DNA from: Tubulanus polymorphus
Taxonomy: Eukaryota; Animalia; Nemertea
DNA length: 64,000 nt
Assembly: GCF_964204645.1 (NCBI RefSeq)
Contig: NC_134028.1
Location: 2,728,001-2,792,000 of the forward strand
Reading direction: 5' to 3'
The notes under the pieces were generated by a model. The model searched no databases. It was not told where the DNA came from and saw only the letters and a list, made by a program, of their open reading frames with translations. Numbering within the stretch: the stretch's first letter is position 1; each line of letters begins with the position of its first letter. A program made the position numbers and the translations under genes. Shown piece after piece: positions 51,719 to 64,000 of the stretch.

Positions 51719-54700
51719 TCAGTCTTGCTGGTCGAGGATCGTCGGAGGCCTTTCTCCTGAAAAATTACAAAAAAAAGATTTTAATGTACACTTCGTAGAA
51801 TTTATGATGATCATTTTATATTCATTTTATGGCAAAATACCTGTTGCTTCAGACTCGTCTAAATGCATTTGTAGCATTCTAAAAGATCTCGATTGTAAAT
51901 GTTTATTTTCTTCACCAGTTCCCTCCCAGTGAATACTTTCTTCTTCGGGTTGTTTCGGAGCAACATTGGCCGGTTGTGCCGCAATATCCATAGCATTCCT
52001 AAAATCATCACAATCAAAACAATTAAATCTACCATAATCGAGAATATTTCAAATTTCACGATCATCCAGCATCTAGAAACTAGAACATTAAACTGAGTAT
52101 ACATTAACCAGGTTAAGTCTAATTCCAGGGTGGATCCAGCAACCATTTTCCATTGTATTCCGGATTTAGAAGGGCACGTGATATTCTGGACAGGGCACCC
52201 TCAGTCATGCCTATCCATGTGCCATGGGCTAATCATACACTCTTGATGAAATGTCGTAAGACTGTATACATGGTGTACTGACGAACATTGTTTGTAGAAT
52301 TGTTATTTTTTACAATGGCAGAAATTCATATAAGGGCATTTTCCCACTATATTCCGAAATGGCCTGAATCTACGGCCTGATTTGTGAAGTTTTCCCTACT
52401 TACTTTTGTACTAACAAGTCTAAATCACATCCAGATCTGATGATTTCCATTTTGGCCTGTTCATGTGACATGCCGCAGGCCTGTGTCCGAGCAATACGAA
52501 GCAAAACATCTCCCGGTTGCAAACCTGCCTTATGGGCTATACTGTTCTTCGTTATCTATAAAGAAAGGGGGAGACGGGTAAGACTTTGACTATATATGAT
52601 TAAAATGGATATTTATAAGGCCTCGTCTGGGCGAAACTCGTAAACCGTATTCCGTTCGTGCCTAACAGACGAACAGTTTGACAGTAGAAACACACTATAA
52701 AGGATAACGCCCGCAAAATTGTGTTTAGTTTCAAACAAGAAATCTTAACCGCAAATCTCCACACAATTACTCTTAGATCCCTCAAAACGTTTCATTGGCG
52801 TATTAATGTTATGGAATGCTTTTTGAATGTAATATTAGCATAATAACTTGCAAAAATATTTTTCTCTGGTGGTTATGCAAGTAGTTGGTGGTATGGTTGG
52901 GGGTATACACTGACTGCAACCTGTATAAATCTCCTGATACAAAAATAACTGACAGTGTTAGTTGTTGTTTGAGCTCTCAGCATACTCCAAGGGTTTAGAG
53001 AAACGAGAGAAACAACGATGCGTCTTTCTTTTCACCGCATCCAAAAACAAAAGAGCTCCCAAGGACATCATGGAACCTAGCGTCATGCAAATCCTACTAC
53101 CCAAAACATAGATTCCAATTAAATAAGATTCAGATATTTGCAGATTAATTTAGCACAGTCTGGAAGTCAATCGAGTGCAGCCGAGAAGGCCACTGGGTTC
53201 AGCAAAAATCTCTTTGAGAAAATTGAACCGAAAATTGTTAATTCTCCTAGACCGTGACATCTGCTTGCGTAATCTAGTTAAGTGAGTGTAACAAAATGGA
53301 GAACACGTGGGAGTTGTTTTAGATACTGATATTAGCATCCCTAGATGTGTAATAGAAATAACTAACTAGTACTGAGCCGGATAGATGTACGGTAGGGTAT
53401 ATAGATCAGCAGCGTGGTGTGGTACTGTGGTATAGCGGTAGTATAACTGCACTGGGGATGCGATAACAAGATGCATTCCTGTCCTTATATGGGGGCTCGT
53501 ACTTATGTTACATCTCTCATTCATCCCTACGGCAACAAGTGGTAGGATCCCATTTTACACAATGCCGAATAGTCGAATGAATAATATGCATTTTCATATA
53601 GTAATCTATTGTTTTTTCTAAGACTTTATACCGTAATGTGAATTTGTTGAGTTTCGTGAATGTAAAATAGAAACATTTTCTGTCACTTCTGGCAGAAGGC
53701 TAAGAGTAAGAGTAGAATATACCGGATACCAGTTAGAATACCGTGTAACAGTTCTCTTTCACGCCTAAATTGTTTTCATTTGTATATCTATATTTTTTTC
53801 TAAAAACTTTATTTTTTACGCCAAGAGTTTTGCAAATCTAAGGAGATACATTCGCAAGCTTTTGGCACCCAGCAATGATAGACTGGAGCGTACCATCTGT
53901 TTACCGAATGAAAAGTATTTTTTTTTTATTTGAAAGCCAACGAACTACGTACATGCTGCTTGCTCTAGGTTTTGAAATCGGGGGCTAAAATGACAAAATA
54001 GACTACCGCGGGTGACACTAATCAAAAACACTGATTGCGCCAATAGGCCATCACTCGGTCACACAAGATTAGCTTCCGCACTATCTTTTTCTCGTTCAGC
54101 TAGTTCATAAATACACACAGCCTATATATGAATTAGTTAATTTCTATATTCCCACGTGTGTAATTACGGAACCCGTCTGAATACGGGTGAACTCTGTATC
54201 GTACCATTATCTCAGCTACACGTATCAGTTTACAGGCGTAATTTCGATACTTTCAGCGTTGGTAGAATAAAATAATGTTTATCGTCGTGACCTTTGGATA
54301 GTTATCTCGGAATTCAGCTTCGTACGCTGATATAGGGGGAATAATGCATTATACGTGGGCCGATTACAAAATCTCTGTCAGAGAATTACTTTTCACATTC
54401 GATCATCAATAATTCCTTAATGAACAGGATAACTGTTTTGTAGAACGCAAAAGCTAGTTTCGTTTCGGCTTTACCTACGAATGTTTTTGTTCTAGAATTT
54501 TTATGGGGGGCAAAATGAAATAACGCAATTGACCTGAAATTCTAATATGACATTAACACAGTTGAGGGTACTTACAACTCAGTTACAACACGAGAGAGAG
54601 GGAGAGAGAAGATGATATACCTCAATGCTGCAACAATCGAGTCTTACCTTTTGAATGTACAAAGGTTTTCCGAATTCAGCCCCGCCGTTCAGTCGAAATC

Positions 54701-54749
54701 CCCACGATGCGGAACTATCATTCCTCCTTAGTTGATATTCCTGGGCCAT
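51719..54749 (-). CDS. Small PDZ-domain protein, LIM-less paralog of the ALP/Zasp family, 4 exons, ~149 aa
   Basis: Minus-strand exons 54749-54648, 52555-52404, 51998-51841 and 51756-51719 join in frame (450 nt): MAQEYQLRRNDSSASWGFRLNGGAEFGKPLYIQK|ITKNSIAHKAGLQPGDVLLRIARTQACGMSHEQAKMEIIRSGCDLDLLVQK|NAMDIAAQPANVAPKQPEEESIHWEGTGEENKHLQSRSFRMLQMHLDESEAT|GERPPTILDQQD*. Absent from the ORF track. Confidence 0.88.
52126..52379. mobile_element. Degenerate intronic MITE
   Basis: Imperfect termini CAGGGTGGATCCAG and CTGAATCTACGGCCTG, with repeated AGGGCA motifs. Confidence 0.4.
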
Positions 54750-54838
54750 TTTCGTGTTTAAAAAATTCTAAAATTTGGAGGAATCGTACCACAGTGATAG
54801 CAGCACTGGGAAGCTGGCTAACTGGGACACCCGAGTAC

Positions 54839-54987
54839 TGACGTCACTGAATGTGGAGTGCGCTGCAAGTGTTAGTAGTTTATTGGCGCGTAGTTTGGTG
54901 GAGTCGGAATTAACATAAATATAGGGTAAATCAAAAGCTGCGAAACATCCTTTAATTCACGTTCATCGCCCTTAAAAATGGGCGTGG
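54839..54987. promoter_or_regulatory. Candidate promoter elements upstream of the minus-strand PDZ gene (divergent region toward the MARCH gene)
   Basis: Perfect CRE TGACGTCA at 54839-54846, ATTGG (CCAAT on the minus strand) at ~54882 and GC-box-like GGGCGTGG at ~54980, all within 240 bp of the ATG. Confidence 0.4.
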
Positions 54988-57900
54988 TTTCCAGGCCCGG
55001 TGTAGCCAGGAATTTTCCTAGCGCGCAGCTCTTTTTAGGTAAAACATTTCTAGTACGAAAACACTATACGTACATCCTCGAATCCAGTCCACAGGCCCGG
55101 AACCCGCTAGTGCCGGGACATTCCGAGAGCTAATGACCATTTAACTTCAGACCACGGAAATGGCAATAAAAAATTGAATCATGTCCACGGTCAATGTGAT
55201 CTGAATTGTAATACATTACCATGATGACAGAACGATCGAGAAAGATTTGATGATATCCTCAAGGACTAGCTGCACTCGGCAATGGGGACGGTCAGATTGA
55301 GATTGGATCAGAATATTAGGACTAGCTTTTGTAAAAGTTGACGGAAATTTTATGGGACATTTTTGGCCTGCTTTTGACAATTCCAGGGGACAATTCTTGC
55401 CCTACTTGCATTGACATTTTGTTTATCCTCGCCATCGAGAGTTCACGAAAAATTGACAGATCCAAGGAAATTCTGGATCATGTGTCGTTGAAGTTTTACG
55501 GGGATCAGTAAAAATACAAAAGATGATGTAATTATTCTAGATTTGTTCCATTCATTCAGCGGTTGCGTTACGGTCTTCTTATATAGTATTGTAAAATTTT
55601 CAGAACGCAACGATCAAAATCTTCACGATTTTTACTATCGATTTCGACTCATCTCACCGACTCAGCCTTTTCAAGAAATGAATAGATACAAAACTAGCGG
55701 ACATGCGACGTGAAGTGCGGCCAGTTCTTTAGTTCATCGGTTATTTCAATAGAGAAGTGGGAAAATATCGAGGTGACTCTCCAACCCTTTACTTCACTGA
55801 GATTCTTGGTACACTGACTGACCCTGTCCTGGGTCGTAGAGTCCTAGTCGAGGACGATGGCCATGGCATATCAACGCCGCGGCGGGCCACACGGGACTCC
55901 ACGATACGAGCCCCATGCGTGAGGTTTCTCTGACGTAGCTAATGCTACGTCTTTTTGAAATGACAATACCGGTATATCGTGTTGATATTTCAAAATAAGA
56001 GTTTGCCACCTAGAACGAAAGGACAAGACACTTTTCCGGGCCGCTCGAAACTTTTCTAATTACGGGGTTCGATCCTGATTTCATTCAAGAACGCGACACT
56101 GGTAAGCGAATGTACTTCGAATAGATGGCGCTCTGGAAGCTTGTGGAATAAACAATTCAATATGGACATCCTGAAAAAATTTAGTTTTGCCTAGAAAATG
56201 ATGAATTTTAAAGTTTTATGTCATTGGTCTGGCTTTGAAACGGAGGTATTTTCATGTTGATTGTGCATAGAATTGTTATTTGATTATTGGTTTACCAGTG
56301 AATCTACGTGCATAGGCCTTTCAGCGTTTATTAATTGTTTTTTTTTTGTGTCGTGATTGTGGTGAGTGTTGCGGACACCACTGACAGTTTATCGAATCGG
56401 TCAGCTGTGGACCTTGAGATAGAGCAGTTTTAAACGGTGTCTCTAATGACGGTTATGTACCTTAATCTAACGATGACCATAATCCATCAGTGCCAATCAG
56501 TACACACCCACCACGGCGAAAAGCCGAGTGCTGTGGTCTTACCTCACAAGACAGAAAGGCAGATTCCATTTTATGCCATATTAACTGCAGTTTAGGTATC
56601 CCTAATGGTTATATGTACCTTGAACCTTACCATAACCCTAGCCCTGAGGCCCAACGGTACAGTTCCTAATAAAAATATTAGCATTAACGTGTTACTCTGT
56701 AGGCCTAGATATATTTTGATATACCTACCTTTTATTCTGGGAACCCTATCATAGTTATGGAGGTATCCCCGTTTAAGATTCCCCTCATATTACTATTCCC
56801 CCCTATTACAGTGACGCTATAAACTCACTGCTGGTGACATCATAGGCCGGAACTATAAGAACAAGTGGACATGTCATAAACCACTGCATTATTGGGATCC
56901 TGGTCTTGAAATTCTGAGAAATACAGTGATTTTTAATTCAATAGATTACGTCATTTGTGAGAGGTGTGGATCTACATTTTTACCAAATGATCTCTTAACC
57001 ACAGGTTATCATCCGCACCTTTATGTCAATTATATGAAATCATCGGTTATGAGCAATTCTTAAGTGGGGGTTGGCTGTATAATTTTCCTAATAACTAATT
57101 GTCAGCAGACAGAGGAAGTAGTTTATTAAGGTGTACAGACTTGTAAATGTAAAGAAGATACTGTGATGCTGTTACACACTTTCTCTCTCCTGAAGATTGT
57201 GGTTGTGTGAAATGTAACAATGGGCATTGAGGTGGGTAAAATAACCAAATCAACTGGTGTACTATTATGTAAATCAAAATTGGTAAATTGTTTGGTGAAA
57301 TTGTTTTTAAACTCATGATTGATTTGTCCAGCAGGGTGTGTGACAGATTTCCATAATTCACGTGCCTCTCATGAGGCGTCTTCTGGTTTGAATCACAGCA
57401 AGGAAAAAATCTGCTACTAAACAATCCCATGATATTTATTCTGTAGATGACTGTGTTATCATGACTTTTAGAAATTATATATCAGATGATCATGCGTACA
57501 GCTCAAGAGTACAGCTCAATGTGTCAGCAGCGTCTGAATTAAAATGTATCTCCTTTACGAGAGTTACAATGTTTCATGAAAGATTCAGAAAATCAAGTCT
57601 CTCGATGAACTCAGATCAGATGGTAGATCTTCAGGGTTCATGCATCAGTGTAGTTTTTATTAACACATTATTTCATTAAGATACAAGCAGTTATGGATAG
57701 ATTTGAATTGAATTTGCCGATATCACTGTCCGAATGCACATATTTGACCCTCATTTGCTGCAAGCGTAATCCGCCTCCATTGCCGCAGTTTTGGTTGCAT
57801 GGGAACTGCACAGCTATACAACTAGCTAATTGAATTTCTACACTCTTTAAGGACAGACTTTTATCCGATAATTTGATTGTCGTCTCCTTTACCACATTTG

Positions 57901-58065
57901 ATAATTAAAACGGTTGATTAGAAAACAGTTATTGCATACATTTCAATTTCAGTTACATATATAGGTAATGGAACATCATTATTAATACACTGATTATAAA
58001 GAAAAGCGTAGCCTTACATAATGTGAATAGATCAATAGATAAATCACTGGTGGGTTCATTTTATG

Positions 58066-58359
58066 CAGTGTTCCCCATATGCTGGAATTATAAAGGAGAT
58101 CGTAGTTGATGAAGAAGCAAGGTTTTCGATCCCTCAAAAAGTACAGAAAAATTAGCTTAATTTTGGTGTAGGCCTAATCTATTTTTCACATAAGCTCAAT
58201 ATATTTCGAAGCAATTTTTTAGCATTGTCAGAATATTGACATCCACCTGTGATAGGGGCAGCAGATATTTTATAAGCGGTGGCTAATTTTCAGAGGGATG
58301 GATGTTAAAATGAAAGCGGTTGCCAAACCTCTAAAACCTGTTATAAATGGAGAACACTA
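58066..58359. mobile_element. Possible hAT-type MITE
   Basis: Short imperfect TIRs CAGTGTTCCCC and GGAGAACACTA. Confidence 0.35.
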
Positions 58360-59463
58360 TGTAACTAAAGTAGGATAAGAAGAAACAAAAAAAACTGAAG
58401 TTTGTAAGAAACTGATCCCTTAACTCTTTTCCCCGTTGTGTTGTAGAAGGTTTGAATTTCTATGTCCACGCATTAAGAAGATTTACTGGAGAATTTACAG
58501 AATTAAAAAGTCGTCTGTAACAATGTGAATCGATAATAGAAGCTGATAGACGTCTAATACTTCCCGGTTTTAAAAATTCATCATCAGTCGATGATATACA
58601 GGTCGTAGTTAGGTTGTCATGCGTGCGAGAGAGTGTGTGTGTGTGTGTGAGTGTGTGGGTCGGTTGCGACATACAACGTTATGGAAACGAATCATTATCA
58701 ACTGAACAATCAATACAGACAGGCTGCTGACGGCTGTACGACTCCCGGGGCCTTATTCGAACACCTCGGTATTCGTGCATGCCGGTGTTCAGTTTTTGCC
58801 GAACAACTGGACAACATTTCAACCGAGGAATTCGATGATTTTTAGCTAAGATGGTTTATGTAGAAGGCTATTTTGTTCGAATGATTGGTTTCTGCGATCG
58901 TGATTGTAATTAAGTTGATATTCGTGAATTGTCGGATGATTTCTATCATAGATAAAAAACTATCAATCGAATCTGATTTGTTGTGAATTATATATACATT
59001 TTATTAGTTTCTGTGGCGTGTGAAACTAATGGACATCTTTTAGAGTGAAATTTGTCGATACTGATCTTTAACTGGCGATATTGAATGGAATGTTTTAATG
59101 GCTGTGACCGCTATATTCAACTGATGATTATGTATCGCACTTATAGGTAACATGTGGTAATTTATACATTACGATATCATTATTATTAACTATCGTCGCT
59201 GGTTTCCATTCGACGTGACAATTCTATCTATCCTCAAACATTATCGAATCCTCGGATGAATGTTGCTCGGATGACGTTCGTTTTGTAGATCGCGATGCAA
59301 CGACTATCGCCGCTTCATAGGATAACTTCACCGCCAGATCGATATTCAATTTATTATTTTGCATTGAAATGATTTATAATGTCCGTCATTTTCGGTGTAT
59401 TCAGGATCCGTAAATTGTAACGTAACAATCGCGAATATAGAATTTAATAGTTAAGGCGGAACA

Positions 59464-61031
59464 ATGACCGACAAGGAAAAACAGAAGAATAAACAAATGA
59501 ATGAAGTTATTCTAACTGCTGTTAATCTGTTCAATGCTCAGGTAATATCTATGATTATGTTTAGTTCTATGTAAGGTATCCCTATTGACCTTTAGGAGCT
59601 ATAAGTAAATCACCTCTTTTGTAAGCAATCTTTTCATGACACTCTCCTAAATTCAAGTTGTTTTTATGAGACACTACTAATTTTATCAGTGCCCTGAAAA
59701 GCCGGGTTCATTTATCTGCTAATCTATCAGAGACATCAATAATGCTACCTCAGAACTGGTATTTATTATGACCCAAGTTTTTGTTTGGTTTCTGTTTATT
59801 CAAATATACGGAATCTGTTTTTCTCTTAGAGTTCGTAAGGGACGTATCCAGCATCTTATCCTGAATACCACTTTAAGACAACCATTGATCAAACACTATA
59901 ATCGTGTTATGACCATAATCTAAGTGATCTCAAAATGATAATGAAACATAGTACCGGTATAAAGTCTGAGATCGTTCCCTTGCGCTAGTAGTTTATTTCA
60001 CGTTTTGACTGTGTTCTAATTGTCATCTTCAGGAATACTATTTTCCTGTTTTCCTGAAGATGACTGTTTAGAACTTCTCTATAGATTGACATTATCACAG
60101 CGCCAGGGGAGCTGGATGCCGAGAAAACACCGTCAGATGCATTCCGAGCGTTTTGGAGATGTTAGATTTAATTCTCCACACATTGATCCAAAATACTTGA
60201 GAAATGAATCGATTCTAGTGTTTGATGTTCGTCTGTTCATCTCCTTTTTTTCTATTTCGTTGAAGATTTATTTACCCAGTATTGTTTATAGCTGACTGAT
60301 GAATCTATCTCACCGGATTCATTTAAATGGTGGCCACTTACGTACCTAGAAATCAGGGAATTTTTTTTTTATCAAAAAGTCGGAAAAGAAGCTTAAAAGT
60401 CAGGTAAATTTATTGAGATCGCTTGTAGAATCAAACAGTTTTTGTATATGTGTTATATATTTTGCTGTGGTCATTGATTCGATTCTTAGCTTGGATTCTT
60501 CGAGTCAGGTAACACAACATGCATGTCAGGGAATAATCAGGGAAAAAGTAAGTCGAATAAATGTGGCACCCCCTGATTTAACTTAGAAATCATTTTATTG
60601 TATATTTTCAGGAGACATTACATCCGAACTCTCCGAGTCCACCGACGGCTGCGGAGAGATGCGACTCGACGCTTTCGAACGTTTCCAATTGGGGTGCAGA
60701 TATTTGTCGGATATGCCACTGCGAGTCGGAGCCCGATTCACCGTTAATTTCTCCGTGTTTATGTTCGGGAAGTTTGAAATACGTGCATCAGATGTGTTTA
60801 CAACAGTGGATTAAAAGTGCCGACACGAAATCATGTGAACTGTGTAAATATGTATTCGTAATGAAAGCCAAAGTGAAACCTTTTCGAAAAGTAAGTTAAG
60901 TAAAAGTTGCGTCGCGAGGGTCAGTGTTTCCAATTAGGGGTTTCAAAGGGACATTTTTATATCCATCCTTCTGAAAATCATCCACCCATGTTTGAAATTT
61001 CTGCTAATTTTTCTATACATGTATATCAAGT

Positions 61032-61111
<80 letters not shown>

Positions 61112-64000
61112 AGTCAATTCTATCAATGCTTATTATGATTATAGCGGCTTATTACCAATCAACATTAAGCTTTATTTTGCCATTTTTAGGGGGGGAATAA
61201 AAGCTGAATAACTTCAGCAGCCACAATGTTATGCTGAAGTAAAGCCTACACGCTGTAGAATGGAGGCAGCCCCTCCCAGCATACAGAGAACACTGGGAGG
61301 CAGTTTTAAACTGTTTTAGACTGTTTTTAACTAAGAAACAAAGTTAATTATTCTAAGAATTGGTTTAAAGTTATAGCATCTAAAACGACAGAGTTCTCAC
61401 GCAAATGGAATCTTTGCTGAGGTACATCTGCTGTACAAATGAGTACAATTGAGGTTTTTGTGCTTCCTCAAATAGTGTTTTTGTGTATGCGCTAATATTA
61501 TGACTTTAATTGTATAACTGGAGGCCATAGATAGATGAATTTTTCATGATTCTTTCTCAGAACTCTGTCGATATCTTGCATCGTTCCGCGATGAAATGAT
61601 GATTGAATAAATGAATGTAGAATTCATCCCGTCTTATAGCAACAGGCCGCGTAGACTGCAGTGTTTGTGCAGTGTTGGTAGTCGCTGGCTAGCTATACGG
61701 TCGGCGTTAACCATTCCCTAGCAACACCTCTTAACTGTTGGTACTCGAGAGCAAATGGAATTTTTTTATTCATATATTTCATTATTTTCGATTATGAAGC
61801 GTTTTTCCTTTAATTACTTTGAGTATGTTTCCACCGCTCAGAACGTGGTTTCATAAAGAAAATTTTAGCTGTCATTTGTGTATTTTAAGTAGATTTTTGG
61901 ACAAAACATTTTTCTTAATTTTGCATCTAATGATTTGCAAAAAGTTATTTTTCGTTATTTTTCCTATTTTTTGAATTTTATTCAAAAAAAATATCTTTCA
62001 CTCTTCTATTCTATTGATCCCAAGATTTAATGCGAAAAAAAATTGTAATATTTAAGAATTTGTTTTCAATATGGGTTATTTGATTAAATGGAAGGAAAGA
62101 GGGGAAAACGAGTTAAAAATTTGATTGAAAAAATTCCTTTTGTCCTTCCAATTTTTTCTCCAAAAAGTTACGTACACCATGTTATTAAAAATTATTAAAA
62201 ATGCACCAGTTTGCAAACGCTTTATAATGCTAACGTTTTTCTATTGACGCTAAATGACACTATAAATCAATTTAGGCCTTGGTCAGTCATCCAGTTGCGT
62301 GTTGTCTGTACCAGCTGGTAAAAATGCGCCACAAAATTAACCCACACGGGATCGAACTGGTTCATATCTGTAAATGCGAATATGGCTCGTTCAGTTCGGT
62401 CAAACCTCGTACAATTAGGTTTCATTCTCGATATACGTCTACAGAGAATGTTCAATTAATTACCGACCCGTGCTTCATGTGTAATAAACTATCGGTTATG
62501 AATAATGCACAGTTAATTTTAATCCCCTTAAAGTTTTTTGTTTAATGACTGTATCAGGTAGCCCCACCCTTCTATTTCAATCATCCTCGTTAAGCGTAGC
62601 ATTTATAGAAAGCATTTATATGGTATATCTGTCGGATGGAATAGAAAGAATTTGCGTCAAACGCAGTAGATTTAATCTACATTTTTAGTATAAGATGAAT
62701 AGCCGTCATATTGTTGTGGCATTTTCTTTTGTTGCTGCTGCTGCTGCTGCTGCATTTTTTCATTTAACGAAATAGAAAATGAAAAGCAAAAATTTATGGT
62801 ATTCATCGTACACTCCGGTGAAAATCAATCATATCGTCAAGAGCTTCGCGACGAGAAATAAAAAACCATTTCACGAATTTCATCATCAAATATTTAAAGC
62901 TATATTTGCTGATCATTGCGAGACAACATGATTTATTTATTTATTATCAACTATGCGTTCAGTAAATGATGTCGCGCAAACTGCTGAAATAATTGGAAAC
63001 TGACAAAAAAATGTACAGCCTCTGTATTAATGAAAATAGGTTCATCTATTATATGTACTTTAAATGTAACACTGCATCACGATGGGTTTAAGAAAGGGTT
63101 TGTACTAGTCCTGACAATCCTGGAATAGTTATCGAAATCAGTTTATACTTTTTTGATGAATTGAAAGTTGATATCTATCTTGTGTAAGGCTCTTTGAAAT
63201 TCTGGGCTGAATTTTGCAATTTGATCGCCGCCTCTAACAGTGTCCCTTCGAATCCTCCTTCTAAATGGAAAATGCTTGTGAAGGTGCTTCAAACTCCTTT
63301 GATTTGAGCAAAATCTTCTTTAAAACTCCTGCGATTTTGAGAATTGTCAATGAGATATTCAAATAGTTGTACAGTAGACTATGCCTAAATCAGTACAGTT
63401 GAAACCAGGATCTTTTTTTTACGTTAATAGGTGGTTACCGATTGTTTATAAAAATAGTTTAGTTGCATATAAGGATACAAATTTGCTTACAAAACCACTG
63501 AATCGACAGTTTACTGAGATTTAAGGTACCGATTTACAATGAATCAGCAGTAATTGGAATACGAAAGTGATGCAGTCGCTTTGAAACGCTTTATTTGATG
63601 CAGACGAAATTTGAAATTTTCTCTTAAAATCCTTATATCCAGGAACGATCTGTTGTTGTTTAGAAAATTGCGAAATATTTGAATCTGAAATATGATATGT
63701 TTTGAATTGTTTCAGTGGCAGAGGTTAGACATGACAGCCGTCGAGAGACGAAAAGTATTCTGTTCGGTGACTTTCCACATAATTGCTGTGACATGTGTAA
63801 TATGGTCGTTGTACGTGCTAATTGACCGCACGACCGAGGAAATCAAAGCTGGCATCTTAGAGTGGCCGTTCTGGACAAAACTAATTGTCGTTGCTATTGG
63901 ATTTACTGGTGGACTAGTATTCATGTATGTGCAGTGTAAAATGTACATGCAGCTATGTCGAAGGTGGAGGGCGTATAATAGAGTTATATATATTGAAAAC
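59464..64000 (+). CDS. MARCHF8: MARCH1/MARCH8-family membrane-associated RING-CH E3 ubiquitin ligase (3' end beyond the window)
   Basis: Exons 59464-59541 (first coding exon, less certain), 60612-60890 ([55 protein letters not shown]) and 63716-64000 ([39 protein letters not shown]...[26 protein letters not shown], two TM segments). All junctions are phase 0. Confidence 0.94.
60327..60575. mobile_element. Intronic MITE (hAT-like), same family as 5886-6099
   Basis: Termini GGTGGCCAC and GTGGCACCCCCTG, with TCAGGGAA repeats. Confidence 0.55.
61034..61109. repeat. (AT)n microsatellite, ~38 units
   Basis: Directly visible, inside an intron of the MARCH gene. Confidence 0.97.

Noticed and set aside
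51859-52146. ORF-track minus-strand 95-aa membrane-like ORF
   Set aside because: It is the wrong frame over exon 3 and intron 2 of the PDZ paralog. The spliced frame carries the QSRSFR motif.
58651-58845. ORF as first coding exon of the MARCH gene
   Set aside because: Its best donor (CG|GTATTC) is phase 1 whereas the RING exon needs phase 0, and there is no recognisable similarity.
60907-61200. 97-aa ORF with an IYIYIY run
   Set aside because: Translation of an intronic (AT)n microsatellite.

Overview
AT-rich animal (probably invertebrate) genomic DNA with short GT-AG introns, in two sharply different halves. 1-38.8 kb is repeat-dominated. It holds MITEs, LINE and BEL/Pao relics, one intact orphan Pro-rich ORF (8623-9398) and a run of tandem arrays with periods of 28, 32, 36, ~159, 38, 94/118, ~153, 162/115, 19 and 28 bp. 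Several arrays are visibly homologous, nested in kb-scale duplications and carry hairpins. The half ends in an apparently non-coding unit built from repeated exon-intron cassettes (34.0-36.3 kb). 39.6-64 kb is gene-dense: CCZ1 (+, 11 exons, ~468 aa), an ALP/PDLIM3-type PDZ-ZM-LIM gene (+, 8 exons, ~339 aa), a convergent LIM-less PDZ paralog (-, 4 exons, ~149 aa) and a MARCH1/8-family RING-CH E3 ligase (+) that runs off the window end. Gene models were assembled by hand from splice sites and reading frame. No database searches were run, and family assignments rest on remembered motifs.
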